Assembly: GCF_000260965.1 (NCBI RefSeq)
Contig: NC_017856.1
Span: 1,680,001 to 1,712,000, forward strand
DNA: 32,000 bases
Direction: 5' to 3'
From: Methylophaga frappieri
GTDB lineage: Bacteria; Pseudomonadota; Gammaproteobacteria; Nitrosococcales; Methylophagaceae
Shown one piece after another: positions 8,009 to 17,632 of this stretch. The first letter of the stretch is position 1; the number at the start of each line of letters is the position of its first letter. Below the pieces are notes generated by a model that ran no database searches, was not told the origin of the DNA, and worked only from the letters and a program-made list of their open reading frames with translations. The translations under genes and the position numbers were made by a program.

Positions 8009-8992
8009 ATGGCGAACTTACTTGATCAATTGAAGCAAATGACCATTGTTGTTGCAGACACTGGTGATATTCAAGCCATCGAAAAATATACACCACGTGA
8101 TGCGACAACCAACCCATCACTCATTACCGCAGCCGCGCAAATGCCACAATATCAGGCTATCGTAGATGATACGTTGAAAGCAGCGCGTCAATCCCTGGGA
8201 GCAAGTGCGGATGCCAAAGAAGTCGCTACCCTGGCGTTTGATCGTCTGGCCGTTTCTTTTGGTTTGAAAATTCTGGAAATCATTCCTGGTCGTGTCTCAA
8301 CTGAAGTTGATGCGCGTCTGTCTTACGATACAGAAGCAACCATCGCCAAAGGGCGTGAAATCATTGCGCAATATGAAGCAGCGGGTGTATCTAAAGATCG
8401 TATCCTGATTAAAATCGCGTCAACCTGGGAAGGTATTCAGGCTGCTGCGGTGCTGGAAAAAGAAAACATTCACTGTAATTTGACATTGCTGTTCGGTCTG
8501 CACCAGGCAATTGCTTGCGCAGAAAACGGTATCACACTGATTTCACCATTCGTTGGCCGCATTCTTGACTGGTACAAAAAAGATACCGGTCGTGATTCAT
8601 ATGCTTCTCATGAAGATCCAGGTGTACTTTCTGTCACCGAAATCTATAGCTACTACAAAAAGTTTGGCTATAACACTGAAGTCATGGGCGCCAGCTTCCG
8701 TAATGTGGGTGAAATCACTGAACTGGCCGGTGTTGACTTGCTGACCATTTCGCCTGCTCTGTTAGATGAGTTGCAAAAAACAGAAGGCACGCTGGAACGT
8801 AAACTGTCTCCAGAGAAAGCAGCCAATGCCAACATCGATAAAATCAGTATCGATAAAGCCACTTTCGACAAAATGCATGATGAAAACCGCATGGCGGCAG
8901 AGAAATTGTCCGAAGGCATTGATGGTTTTGCTAAGGCGCTGGAAACCTTGGAAGAACTGCTGGCATCACGTCTGGCAGAGCTGGAAAGCTAA
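8009..8992 (+). CDS. tal: Transaldolase (TalB-type, class I)
   Basis: 327 aa. Motifs [41 protein letters not shown] and NLTLLF match classical transaldolase. Confidence 0.92.
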   Translation: MANLLDQLKQMTIVVADTGDIQAIEKYTPRDATTNPSLITAAAQMPQYQAIVDDTLKAARQSLGASADAKEVATLAFDRLAVSFGLKILEIIPGRVSTEVDARLSYDTEATIAKGREIIAQYEAAGVSKDRILIKIASTWEGIQAAAVLEKENIHCNLTLLFGLHQAIACAENGITLISPFVGRILDWYKKDTGRDSYASHEDPGVLSVTEIYSYYKKFGYNTEVMGASFRNVGEITELAGVDLLTISPALLDELQKTEGTLERKLSPEKAANANIDKISIDKATFDKMHDENRMAAEKLSEGIDGFAKALETLEELLASRLAELES

Positions 8993-9011
8993 TCGAACAT
9001 CATTAGCACCC

Positions 9012-9040
9012 GTCCGGTCGGTTGAACTACCCGACCGGAC
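9012..9040 (+). other. Stable hairpin after tal without a proper T-tract (possible partial terminator or RNA-processing site)
   Basis: 10-bp perfect stem gtccggtcgg / ccgaccggac with a 9-nt loop. A second small hairpin gaacagc-acg-ctgttc lies at about 9054..9070. Neither has a U-run. Confidence 0.4.
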
Positions 9041-9136
9041 AACACAGTCTTTTGGAACAGCACGCTGTTCTAATTGCTGATAAGAAAAACCCGTTAACCA
9101 TAATGGGATCATTTTTTAACTTTAGGAGTAAACAAC

Positions 9137-9772
9137 ATGGCTGAAATTCAAATGGCTCTGGACTCACTGGATTTTGACGCAACAATGGCGCTGGCTGAAC
9201 AAGTCGCTCCTTACGTCGATATTCTGGAAATTGGTACCCCTTGCATCAAATACAACGGTCTGAAACTGGTTAAAGCACTGAAAGCTGCTCACCCAGACAA
9301 GAAAATCCTGGTTGACCTGAAAACAATGGATGCGGGCGAATACGAAGCCACTCCTTTCTTTGAAGCTGGTGGTGACATCACAACTGTTCTGGGCGCTTCT
9401 GATATGGCGACCATGAAAGGGGTTATCAAAGCGGCTAACGCAAACAACGGCGAAGCTCAAATCGACTTGATCGGTGTTGAAGATAAAGCTGCTGTTGCTA
9501 AAGATGCAGCAACTAACGGCGCGCACATCATCGGTGTTCACACTGGTCTGGACGCACAAGCTGCAGGTCAAACACCATTCGAAGATCTGAAAACCATCAC
9601 TGGTCTGGGTCTGAATGTTAAAGTTTCTGTTGCTGGTGGTATCAACAAAGACACTATCCAAAGCTGTGTACAAGCAGGTGCGGCTATCGTTGTTGTTGGT
9701 GCAGCTATCTACGGCGCGCCTTCTCCAGCAGAATCTGCTAAAGAACTGCGTGCACTGGTTGACGCAGCCTAA
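9137..9772 (+). CDS. hps: 3-hexulose-6-phosphate synthase, copy 2
   Basis: 211 aa with SD AGGAG. It has the same motif set as copy 1. My manual alignment gives 40 differences over 208 aligned residues. Confidence 0.92.
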   Translation: MAEIQMALDSLDFDATMALAEQVAPYVDILEIGTPCIKYNGLKLVKALKAAHPDKKILVDLKTMDAGEYEATPFFEAGGDITTVLGASDMATMKGVIKAANANNGEAQIDLIGVEDKAAVAKDAATNGAHIIGVHTGLDAQAAGQTPFEDLKTITGLGLNVKVSVAGGINKDTIQSCVQAGAAIVVVGAAIYGAPSPAESAKELRALVDAA

Positions 9773-9796
9773 GCATAAAAATAAGGAAACTAAATA

Positions 9797-10330
9797 ATGC
9801 ATCGTGATCTACTGTTAAACAAAATCACTGACATTCTTGGCGCGACGGAAGAATCTTATGAAGCCAAACTGGTTTCTATGTGTGATGATGCCAAGCGTAT
9901 CTTCATTACAGGTGCTGGTCGTTCCAAGCTAGTAGGTAATTTCCTGGGTATGAGATTGATGCATAGTGGTTATGAAACCTATGTTCAGGGTGAAGTTGCT
10001 ACCCCAAGTATCCGTAGTGGTGATCTTCTGATCGTCATTTCCGGGTCAGGGGAAACCACTCAACTGGTTTCATTCGCCAATAAGGCCAAGTCAGAAGGCG
10101 CAAAAGTGATTCTGATTTGCTCTAAATCAAAATCCACAATTGGCGATATTGCAGACCAAACGGTTCAAATCGGTAACGATGGCAGCTTTGCAACAACTAA
10201 AGGCCTGCCCATGGGCACCATGTTTGAACTTTCCACATTGATTTTTCTCGAAGCCACAATTTCTTATCTTATCCATGAGAAAGGCATCGCAGAAGAAGAT
10301 ATGCGGTACCGGCATGCCAATATGGAATAA
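9797..10330 (+). CDS. phi: 6-phospho-3-hexuloisomerase (SIS domain)
   Basis: 177 aa with SIS motifs IFITGAGRSKLV and LLIVISGSGET. It starts 24 nt after hps2 and has SD AAGGAA. Confidence 0.9.
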   Translation: MHRDLLLNKITDILGATEESYEAKLVSMCDDAKRIFITGAGRSKLVGNFLGMRLMHSGYETYVQGEVATPSIRSGDLLIVISGSGETTQLVSFANKAKSEGAKVILICSKSKSTIGDIADQTVQIGNDGSFATTKGLPMGTMFELSTLIFLEATISYLIHEKGIAEEDMRYRHANME

Positions 10331-10354
10331 CCACTGTTCCTGAAGTCATATGCC

Positions 10355-10385
10355 AAAAAGGCAGCCTCCGGGCTGCCTTTTTTTT
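10355..10385 (+). terminator. Rho-independent terminator after phi
   Basis: A5, then ggcagcc-tccg-ggctgcc, then T8. Confidence 0.85.
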
Positions 10386-10476
10386 GCTTCAATTTAACGT
10401 CAGTTGATTTGATAATAGAGCGTCTCCATATATCGTTGTATAATGACCTGTTTACTGAAATTTGTAGTACATTACG

Positions 10477-11883
10477 ATGACCGCGAAAACCCTTTACGAC
10501 AAACTGTGGGATCAACATGTAGTGCGTAGCGAGAGCGACGGTACTGCATTGATATATATTGATCGCCATTTAGTTCATGAAGTCACTTCTCCACAGGCAT
10601 TTGAAGGGTTGCGTCTAGCCGGTCGTCAGCCTTATCGATTAAGTGCTATCTTGGCAACCCCGGATCACAATGTACCGACGTCAGATCGCGAGAAAGGCAT
10701 TGCTGATCCGATTTCCCGGTTACAAGTCGAGACACTTGACCAAAATTGCGCGCAGTTTGGCATTACCGAATTTGGCCTGAGCGATATGCGGCAGGGCATT
10801 GTGCATGTGGTGGGTCCGGAACAAGGCGCAACCCTGCCCGGCATGACGGTCGTTTGCGGTGACTCACATACTTCTACACATGGCGCTTTTGGCGCGCTGG
10901 CCTTTGGGATTGGTACCTCGGAAGTTGAACATGTGATGGCCACACAGTGCCTGATTCAACGAAAATCAAAAAATATGCAGGTTCGTGTCGAAGGACATGT
11001 CAAACCGGGTATTACTGCCAAAGATATTGTGTTGGCGATTATCGGTGAAATTGGTACTGCTGGCGGTACTGGCTATGCGATTGAATTTGCTGGCGAAGCG
11101 ATCCAAGCGTTAAGTATGGAAGGTCGTATGACTGTCTGCAACATGACGATTGAAGCAGGCGCCCGCGCCGGTATGATTGCGGTCGATGACACAACTATTA
11201 ATTACCTCAAAAACCGCCCGTTTTCCCCACAAGACGAAAATTGGGACAAGGCGGTAACGGCATGGCGGCAATTACACTCTGATCCCGATGCGTATTTTGA
11301 CAAAGTCGTGGTACTGAAGGCGGAAGACATCAAACCTCAGGTCACCTGGGGCACCTCACCAGAAATGGTCGTGCCAGTCAGCGCTATGGTTCCAGATCCT
11401 TCTGGCGAGGCTGACGCCGTCAAACGCAACGGCATGGAAAAAGCACTAAAATACATGGGATTGAATGCAAACCAAGCCATTACTGACATTCATCTGGACC
11501 GGGTCTTTATTGGCTCATGTACCAATTCGCGCATTGAAGATTTGCGTGAGGCTGCCAGTGCTATACAAGGTGGCCGAGTCGCGAGCAGTGTCAAACAGGC
11601 AATGGTTGTGCCGGGTTCGGGCCTGGTAAAACAGCAAGCTGAGCAAGAGGGGTTGGATAAAATCTTTATTGCGGCCGGTTTTGAGTGGCGTGACCCAGGA
11701 TGCTCGATGTGCCTTGCTATGAATGCCGATCGATTGGAAGCAGGCGAACATTGCGCTTCGACCTCAAACCGTAACTTTGAAGGTCGTCAAGGCCAAGGTG
11801 GGCGAACCCATCTAGTCAGCCCTGCAATGGCTGCCGCCGCCGCAATCGCTGGCCACTTTGTTGATATTACTGATCATTCATGA
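10477..11883 (+). CDS. leuC: 3-isopropylmalate dehydratase large subunit
   Basis: 468 aa, collinear with E. coli LeuC from [16 protein letters not shown] / [16 protein letters not shown] to [14 protein letters not shown]. The Fe-S cysteines are present (GSCTN, GCSMC). Confidence 0.93.
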   Translation: MTAKTLYDKLWDQHVVRSESDGTALIYIDRHLVHEVTSPQAFEGLRLAGRQPYRLSAILATPDHNVPTSDREKGIADPISRLQVETLDQNCAQFGITEFGLSDMRQGIVHVVGPEQGATLPGMTVVCGDSHTSTHGAFGALAFGIGTSEVEHVMATQCLIQRKSKNMQVRVEGHVKPGITAKDIVLAIIGEIGTAGGTGYAIEFAGEAIQALSMEGRMTVCNMTIEAGARAGMIAVDDTTINYLKNRPFSPQDENWDKAVTAWRQLHSDPDAYFDKVVVLKAEDIKPQVTWGTSPEMVVPVSAMVPDPSGEADAVKRNGMEKALKYMGLNANQAITDIHLDRVFIGSCTNSRIEDLREAASAIQGGRVASSVKQAMVVPGSGLVKQQAEQEGLDKIFIAAGFEWRDPGCSMCLAMNADRLEAGEHCASTSNRNFEGRQGQGGRTHLVSPAMAAAAAIAGHFVDITDHS

Positions 11884-12806
11884 CCATTGATTACGATTCC
11901 GCAACGGTAGAATTAATGACCTTGCGGGATTTTCTGCGCTGGACGACTTCACGCTTTGAGGAAACTGGATTATTTTTTGGTCATGGTACTGAAGATGCTT
12001 TTAACGATGCATCGCAGCTCATCCTACACCACCTGAACTTACCGGTTGGCGAGGTACCTGAATTATTTCTGGATGCCCGACTGACTAGCGCAGAAAAAAC
12101 AGCGCTAATGATTTTAATCAAAAAACGCATAGAAGAACGGGTTCCCGTACCTTATTTAACCCAAGAGGCTTGGTTTCTTGGTCTTCCGTTTTACGTTGAT
12201 GAGCGCGTTCTAATCCCCCGCTCGCCTTTTGCAGAATTGATTTCTGACCGGTTCAGTCCTTGGCTGAGCTCGCCCGATGACACAAGTCATATTCTCGATA
12301 TGTGTACGGGCGGTGGATGTATTGCTATCGCCTTAGCGCATGTATTTCCTGATGCTGACATCGATGCCGTTGATATTAGTGATGCGGCACTTGAAGTTGC
12401 CAAAATTAATCAACACAAACATCAACTGCAAGACAGGCTCCATTTAATTACCTCAGATTTATGGCAAAACCTTGCGGATAAGCAATACGATTTAATCGTG
12501 AGTAACCCACCTTATGTCAGTGATGATGAAATGGCGGATTTGCCTGCAGAATATCGCCATGAACCCGTCGACGCCTTACGTGCTGACGATAATGGCCTTG
12601 CCTTAGTAAGGCAAATTATTATTGGTGCAGCAACGCATCTGACTGAGAATGGTCTGCTGTTTGTCGAAGTAGGCCATAGTGACGTTACCGTGATGGAAAC
12701 ATGGCCAGAAATGGATTTTTTATGGTTAAGTTTTGAGCAAGGCGGCCAAGGCATTTTTATGTTGACCCAACAACAGTGCGTTGACTTCTCAAACCGCTAT
12801 CATTAA
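11880..12806 (+). CDS. prmB: Ribosomal protein uL3 N5-glutamine methyltransferase
   Basis: 308 aa, collinear with E. coli PrmB (LRDFLRW..., [33 protein letters not shown]). Its ATG overlaps the leuC stop (ATGA). Confidence 0.88.
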   Translation: MTIDYDSATVELMTLRDFLRWTTSRFEETGLFFGHGTEDAFNDASQLILHHLNLPVGEVPELFLDARLTSAEKTALMILIKKRIEERVPVPYLTQEAWFLGLPFYVDERVLIPRSPFAELISDRFSPWLSSPDDTSHILDMCTGGGCIAIALAHVFPDADIDAVDISDAALEVAKINQHKHQLQDRLHLITSDLWQNLADKQYDLIVSNPPYVSDDEMADLPAEYRHEPVDALRADDNGLALVRQIIIGAATHLTENGLLFVEVGHSDVTVMETWPEMDFLWLSFEQGGQGIFMLTQQQCVDFSNRYH

Positions 12807-14125
12807 AGCGTTTCGCCCTCTTCTGTTTGATACTGGCGGACACAGTTGCGACCCGCCATTTTTGCTTGATACATTGCCCGGTCCGCTAATTCAAACAGCG
12901 TATTCAAATTATCCTGGGGCTCGTGTCGCATCTCGGCCACGCCAACACTAAGTGAAATCGTCATATTTGCCGGCTTGAAGCGTTGCAGCCGCTTTTGCAT
13001 ACGTTGCATTAATACGACGGCAGCTGGGGCATCACAACCTGGCAATAACATGACGAACTCTTCGCCAGCCCATCGCGCTATCATATCCTCATCACGAACA
13101 TGTCGCTTCAGCCAGTTGCCTAGTTCGGCCAGCACTTGATCCCCTTTGTCATGGCCATATTTATCATTTAAATCACGAAAATGATCTAGATCCAACACTG
13201 CCATAGACAACGTCCGGTTAAATCGATAAGCCTCGCTGAAATACTTACCCGCAAACTCTCTCAGCGCATGACGATTAAATAATTGCGTCAACTGATCGAG
13301 CATAGCGAGGCTATAAAGTGAATTCTGTTGCGCACGCAGTTCACGCACATTTTGATAACTGGTAATGTGATTAAAAACCCGCTGACGTAATTCCTCACGG
13401 TTGATAGGCTTAGAAACAAAATCGTTGACGCCTAACTGAAAAAGCTCAATCTTGCGGGACATATTATCAAAGCCAGACGTTGCAATAATCGGTAAGTTCC
13501 CAGACTCTTCCCGTAATCTGCGGATTTTGCGAACGAGTGTAATGCCACTCATACTCCCTTCCAGCATGATATCGGTGATAACCAAATCATAATCACCACC
13601 ACTAAAAGCGGCCCAAGCCTCTTCGGCAAAGGTGTATGCATCCACATCGAGGCCCATATCGGTCAGCAAATCGATGATGATTGTCTGTAATACCCGAGAG
13701 TCTTCAATGAACAAGACGCGCCCCGATAAATGACGTGTCTCTCGCTCCGCTAGCCGACGAACATATATTTCTAACTCTTGGGTATCATGCTTGTTGAAAA
13801 TATCGGTCGCGCCTGCCAGTAAAGCCTGTTTTAATTTTCTGGCGTTATCATTGTCCGTCATGATTAACACCGCCGCATAATCATAACCATCCAGCGCGCG
13901 GAGCTGACCGCAAAAATCACTGCCCGCGATATCAGGCAAATCATCACTGCAACAAATCAGCCGAAACCGACCGGCACTTGCCAAAGTCAGGGCTTGCTGA
14001 CCATTTTCAGCCACTTCAACGTTGAAGCCTGCTGCCGTTAGAATTGATTTTGCTTGCTCACGAAAGCCAGCCGCCGCATCGACAACAAGCGCAGTTAATT
14101 TTTGCACAGGTGATTCCTTCTCCAT
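12803..14125 (-). CDS. Response regulator with two receiver domains and a GGDEF output domain (active-site motif AGEEF)
   Basis: REC1 spans roughly residues 10-125, with VVDA replacing the usual DD pair. REC2 is canonical (FIEDS..., LVITDIML, IATSG, SKP). The GGDEF domain carries an RDED I-site five residues upstream of AGEEF. Confidence 0.85.
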   Translation of the reverse strand: MEKESPVQKLTALVVDAAAGFREQAKSILTAAGFNVEVAENGQQALTLASAGRFRLICCSDDLPDIAGSDFCGQLRALDGYDYAAVLIMTDNDNARKLKQALLAGATDIFNKHDTQELEIYVRRLAERETRHLSGRVLFIEDSRVLQTIIIDLLTDMGLDVDAYTFAEEAWAAFSGGDYDLVITDIMLEGSMSGITLVRKIRRLREESGNLPIIATSGFDNMSRKIELFQLGVNDFVSKPINREELRQRVFNHITSYQNVRELRAQQNSLYSLAMLDQLTQLFNRHALREFAGKYFSEAYRFNRTLSMAVLDLDHFRDLNDKYGHDKGDQVLAELGNWLKRHVRDEDMIARWAGEEFVMLLPGCDAPAAVVLMQRMQKRLQRFKPANMTISLSVGVAEMRHEPQDNLNTLFELADRAMYQAKMAGRNCVRQYQTEEGETL

Positions 14126-14151
14126 CGCATCATTCTGCCTTTACCAGCAAC

Positions 14152-14844
14152 CTATCGGCAAGCTTTATTGCTATCCAGAATGGCTTTGGTAAAGGCCGGT
14201 CGCAAATAAAACCCTCGCGGGTTAATTTGCGTTTGTTCTCCATCCATGGTTAATCCTGCAACCTGCATCCGACTATTCGCCGCTTTAGGCCGGATCTGTA
14301 ACACTTCACCTTGCCGAGCCGTAACCGATTCTGGTCCCACCGTCAGCAGCATTTCCATTAACTCTTCCCAATCCTGCCTTAGCAAAGCGGCTTGTTGGCT
14401 ATCCGGTGACCATAAAAACCCCATACCGACATACCGATCAATCAAGGGAACCGCTGAAACGCCTTCCACTGGTAACCATAGCACTTTCGCAAGCTTTCGT
14501 CTCAACCAACTCTGTTCCCAGGGCATCTCACCATACTCTGACATGTCTACCGTACAGACATACGTAGATTCTTTGGGCATGCCTGTGGCCGCTAAGGGTA
14601 AGGTTTTCAGTTCAATGCCTAATTGGGTAAAATCTGGCCTTGCCGATGTGCCAGCATCAGCGCCAAGCAATGATTCTAAAAAGCCGCCGACCCACCCCTT
14701 ATGGCGTCGCAAATCTTTGGGTACAACAACGTCCGCTGACGCTGCAAGTTGGCCCAAAGTTTTGCCTGAAATGGCGCGACAGCGCTCCATTAACTCTGAT
14801 TCAGATGCCGGCGGAACTCTTGGCACGAAAATTTGATCTGACAT
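14152..14844 (-). CDS. mutH: DNA mismatch repair endonuclease MutH
   Basis: Collinear with E. coli MutH (HKGWVG, DFTQLGIELKT, LWLPVEG, QDWEELME, LQIRPKAAN, PRGFYL). I chose the ATG at 14844 (MSDQIFVP...) by N-terminal alignment. The track ORF extends 27 codons further upstream. Confidence 0.9.
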   Translation of the reverse strand: MSDQIFVPRVPPASESELMERCRAISGKTLGQLAASADVVVPKDLRRHKGWVGGFLESLLGADAGTSARPDFTQLGIELKTLPLAATGMPKESTYVCTVDMSEYGEMPWEQSWLRRKLAKVLWLPVEGVSAVPLIDRYVGMGFLWSPDSQQAALLRQDWEELMEMLLTVGPESVTARQGEVLQIRPKAANSRMQVAGLTMDGEQTQINPRGFYLRPAFTKAILDSNKACR

Positions 14845-14893
14845 AATGGCATGATAATCTAGCCAGCTCATTTCTGCCCGAGATATAACCATT

Positions 14894-15817
14894 TTGACCG
14901 CACTATCGCTGAATAATTTAAGCAAAACCTACGATAACGGCTTGCAAGCATTGAAAGAGATAAACCTCACCGTGCAGGATGGGGACTTTTTTGCATTACT
15001 AGGGCCGAACGGAGCAGGTAAATCGACCACGATTGGTTTGATTACCTCCCTCGTCACCAAAACAGCGGGGCAAATTCAGGTCTTTGATGCTGATTTGGAT
15101 GAGGATCCTGAACTGGCAAAAAGTTACATCGGTCTGGTACCACAAGAATTTAATTTTAATGGTTTTGAACAGGTCAAACATATCCTGCTAACGCAGGCCG
15201 GTTACTATGGGTTGGCTGCAAATGAAGCGGAACCTCGCGCCGATGCGTTACTGAAACAGTTAGGCCTCTGGGAGAAACGTTTTACCCCTTCTCGCTCATT
15301 GTCGGGCGGTATGAAACGACGTTTAATGATTGCAAGGGCGCTGGTTCATCAACCTAAATTGTTAATTTTGGATGAACCAACCGCCGGTGTTGACATAGAG
15401 TTGCGCCGATCCATGTGGACTTTTTTACGTGACATAAACCGTCAAGGCACAACCATTATCCTGACTACTCACTATCTGGAAGAAGCCGAAAACCTATGTC
15501 GAAACATCGCCATTATCGACAAAGGTGAAATAGTGGAAAATACCGATATGAAGTCACTGCTAAATCGATTGGATAAAGAGACTTTTGTGCTGGACTTGCA
15601 GCAAGAACTCACTGATACCAGTTGTTTGCAAGGTTTGGATTATCACTTGATTGATGCCACAACACTGGAAGTCGAAATCAACCGACGTGACAATTTAAAC
15701 GGTTTATTCCAGTTTCTTACGGCGCGTAACATTCAGGTTGGCAGTATGAAAAACAAGGTCAATCGGCTGGAAGAATTATTCCTGAAACTCGTTAAACCAT
15801 CGGAGCAACCCAAATGA
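14894..15817 (+). CDS. yadG: ABC-2 type exporter, ATP-binding subunit (YadG-like)
   Basis: Walker A GPNGAGKST, signature LSGGMKRRL, Walker B LLILDEPT. Collinear with E. coli YadG. The start is TTG. Confidence 0.88.
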   Translation: MTALSLNNLSKTYDNGLQALKEINLTVQDGDFFALLGPNGAGKSTTIGLITSLVTKTAGQIQVFDADLDEDPELAKSYIGLVPQEFNFNGFEQVKHILLTQAGYYGLAANEAEPRADALLKQLGLWEKRFTPSRSLSGGMKRRLMIARALVHQPKLLILDEPTAGVDIELRRSMWTFLRDINRQGTTIILTTHYLEEAENLCRNIAIIDKGEIVENTDMKSLLNRLDKETFVLDLQQELTDTSCLQGLDYHLIDATTLEVEINRRDNLNGLFQFLTARNIQVGSMKNKVNRLEELFLKLVKPSEQPK

Positions 15818-16596
15818 CGACAACGCGTCACCGCCAGCATTGGATTGCTTTTAGTACCATTGTCATTCGTGAGGTACGCCGGTTTTTGCGTATATGGGCA
15901 CAGACACTGTTGCCGCCGGCAATAACCATGACCCTGTATTTCATTATTTTTGGCAGTCTCATTGGTAGCCGTATAGGCGCGATGGACGGATTTGATTATA
16001 TGGCTTACATCGCGCCCGGCGTGATTATGATGTCAATTATCAACAATGCCTATGCCAACGTAGCCTCATCTTTTTTTAGTGCCAAGTTTCAAAACCACAT
16101 TGAAGAGTTAATTGTGGCGCCCGTACCCAATTATTTGATTCTTGCCGGCTATGTCGTTGGTGGCACAGCTCGCGGCCTGCTGATTGGGGTAATTGTTACT
16201 ATTGTGGCCTTGTTTTTTACCGACCTGTCGGTGCAGCACTGGGGGGTTACGCTGAGCATGGTGGTACTGAGCGCTATCTTGTTTGCCCTTGGTGGATTTA
16301 TTAACGCCGTTTATGCTCGCAGTTTTGACGAAATTTCCATTATTCCGACCTTTGTTTTGACACCATTAACCTATTTAGGAGGCGTGTTTTATTCCATTAG
16401 TCTGTTGCCGGAAGTCTGGCAGAAACTGTCTCTGCTCAACCCTGTTCTCTACATGGTAAATGCCTTCCGCTACGGCTTGTTAGGGACGAGTGATGTACCT
16501 GTTGTCGCAGCATTTGTCATTATTTTATTGTTTATTGCCAGTCTGACTTGGTATGCCTTGCATTTATTAAAAAAAGGAACCGGCCTCAGAAGCTAA
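15814..16596 (+). CDS. yadH: ABC-2 type exporter, permease subunit (YadH-like)
   Basis: 260 aa with six predicted TM segments. Collinear with E. coli YadH (IWAQTLLPP, TMTLYFIIFG, LTPLTYLGGVFYS). Its start overlaps the yadG stop. Confidence 0.88.
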   Translation: MTTTRHRQHWIAFSTIVIREVRRFLRIWAQTLLPPAITMTLYFIIFGSLIGSRIGAMDGFDYMAYIAPGVIMMSIINNAYANVASSFFSAKFQNHIEELIVAPVPNYLILAGYVVGGTARGLLIGVIVTIVALFFTDLSVQHWGVTLSMVVLSAILFALGGFINAVYARSFDEISIIPTFVLTPLTYLGGVFYSISLLPEVWQKLSLLNPVLYMVNAFRYGLLGTSDVPVVAAFVIILLFIASLTWYALHLLKKGTGLRS

Positions 16597-16599
16597 CCG

Positions 16600-17577
16600 T
16601 TAACTAAGCTGTTTTAATGCCTCACGAATGACTCCGGTATCGGCGCCAGACAAGTGAGCATTTTCGCTCAGATGGCGCCGCCAGCGGCGTGCACCAGGTT
16701 GGCCTTGAAATAATCCCAACATATGCCGAGTGATTGATTTTAAAGGCCGACCTTCATCAAGACGTCTCTCGATGTAGGGGATCATGCTCTCTACAACCTC
16801 TGTTTCACTAATGACTGGCGTGTCGTCACCAAAAAGTTTTTGATCAACCCATGCGAGAAGATGTGGTTGATTATAGACCGCTCGTCCAATCATCACCCCA
16901 TCTACTTTTTCCAAATGGCATGCCGCCTGCTCAAGCGTCTGAATGCCGCCATTGATATCGAGATGCAGCTCAGGAAAATCGGCTTTTATCTGATAAACGC
17001 GATCATAATCCAGTGATGGGATTTCGCGATTTTGCTTTGGGCTTAACCCCTGTAACCACGCTTTGCGCGCATGCAAAATCAACGCATCCGCCCCTGCCTG
17101 GTTAACCGCATTAACGAATTGCCACAAAAATGCATAACTATCTTGGTCATCTATTCCTAATCGTGTTTTGACCGTCACGGGAATACGCACTGCGGCTTTC
17201 ATGGCAGCGATGCCATCTGCAACTAATTCTGGACTAGCCATCAAGCAGGCGCCAAATTGACCATTTTGAACGCGATCACTGGGGCAGCCAATATTCAAAT
17301 TTATTTCCTGAAAACCGGCTGACTCAGCCAGCTTGGCACAAGTCGCTAAATCCTCTGGATCAGATCCACCCAACTGTAAAGCCAAGGGATATTCTTGTGC
17401 ATCATGTGCCAAAAAGCGGGCCACATCACCATGCAATAACGCCCCGGTAGTTACCATTTCGGTATACAGCATGGCGCGTTTCGACAATAATCGGCATAAA
17501 TAGCGAAAATCACGATCAGTCCAATCCAGCATGGGCGCGACGGATAATCGATGAGCCAGTTTAAGCGCAGTGTTCAC
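16600..17577 (-). CDS. dusA: tRNA-dihydrouridine(20/20a) synthase DusA
   Basis: Collinear with E. coli DusA ([57 protein letters not shown]). The start is ambiguous. GTG at 17577 has a GGAA SD-like element 5 nt upstream. The track ORF begins at TTG 17616, which has no SD. Confidence 0.88.
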   Translation of the reverse strand: MNTALKLAHRLSVAPMLDWTDRDFRYLCRLLSKRAMLYTEMVTTGALLHGDVARFLAHDAQEYPLALQLGGSDPEDLATCAKLAESAGFQEINLNIGCPSDRVQNGQFGACLMASPELVADGIAAMKAAVRIPVTVKTRLGIDDQDSYAFLWQFVNAVNQAGADALILHARKAWLQGLSPKQNREIPSLDYDRVYQIKADFPELHLDINGGIQTLEQAACHLEKVDGVMIGRAVYNQPHLLAWVDQKLFGDDTPVISETEVVESMIPYIERRLDEGRPLKSITRHMLGLFQGQPGARRWRRHLSENAHLSGADTGVIREALKQLS

Positions 17578-17632
17578 AATATTTCCAATGACAAAATATC
17601 TATTTTCGCAAATCAACGGTTAAAATGCGCGG

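Noticed and set aside
9164-9802. 212-aa ORF on the minus strand spanning the whole of hps2
   Set aside because: It is exactly antisense to a gene with unmistakable HPS motifs, and its translation is low-complexity (Cys/Ser/Thr/Phe-rich) with no recognisable features. Such stop-free antisense frames are a by-product of the strong codon bias of the sense gene.
10443-10529. Leucine leader peptide or attenuator upstream of leuC
   Set aside because: The only small ORF (MTCLLKFVV...) has just two adjacent Leu codons, overlaps the leuC start out of frame, and is not followed by an attenuator hairpin. A TATAAT at 10439..10444 probably serves simply as the leuC -10.
14246-14836. 196-aa ORF on the plus strand inside mutH
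   Set aside because: It is antisense to a MutH that is collinear with the E. coli protein. It has no SD, and its composition is Ser/Pro/Thr-rich and domain-free.
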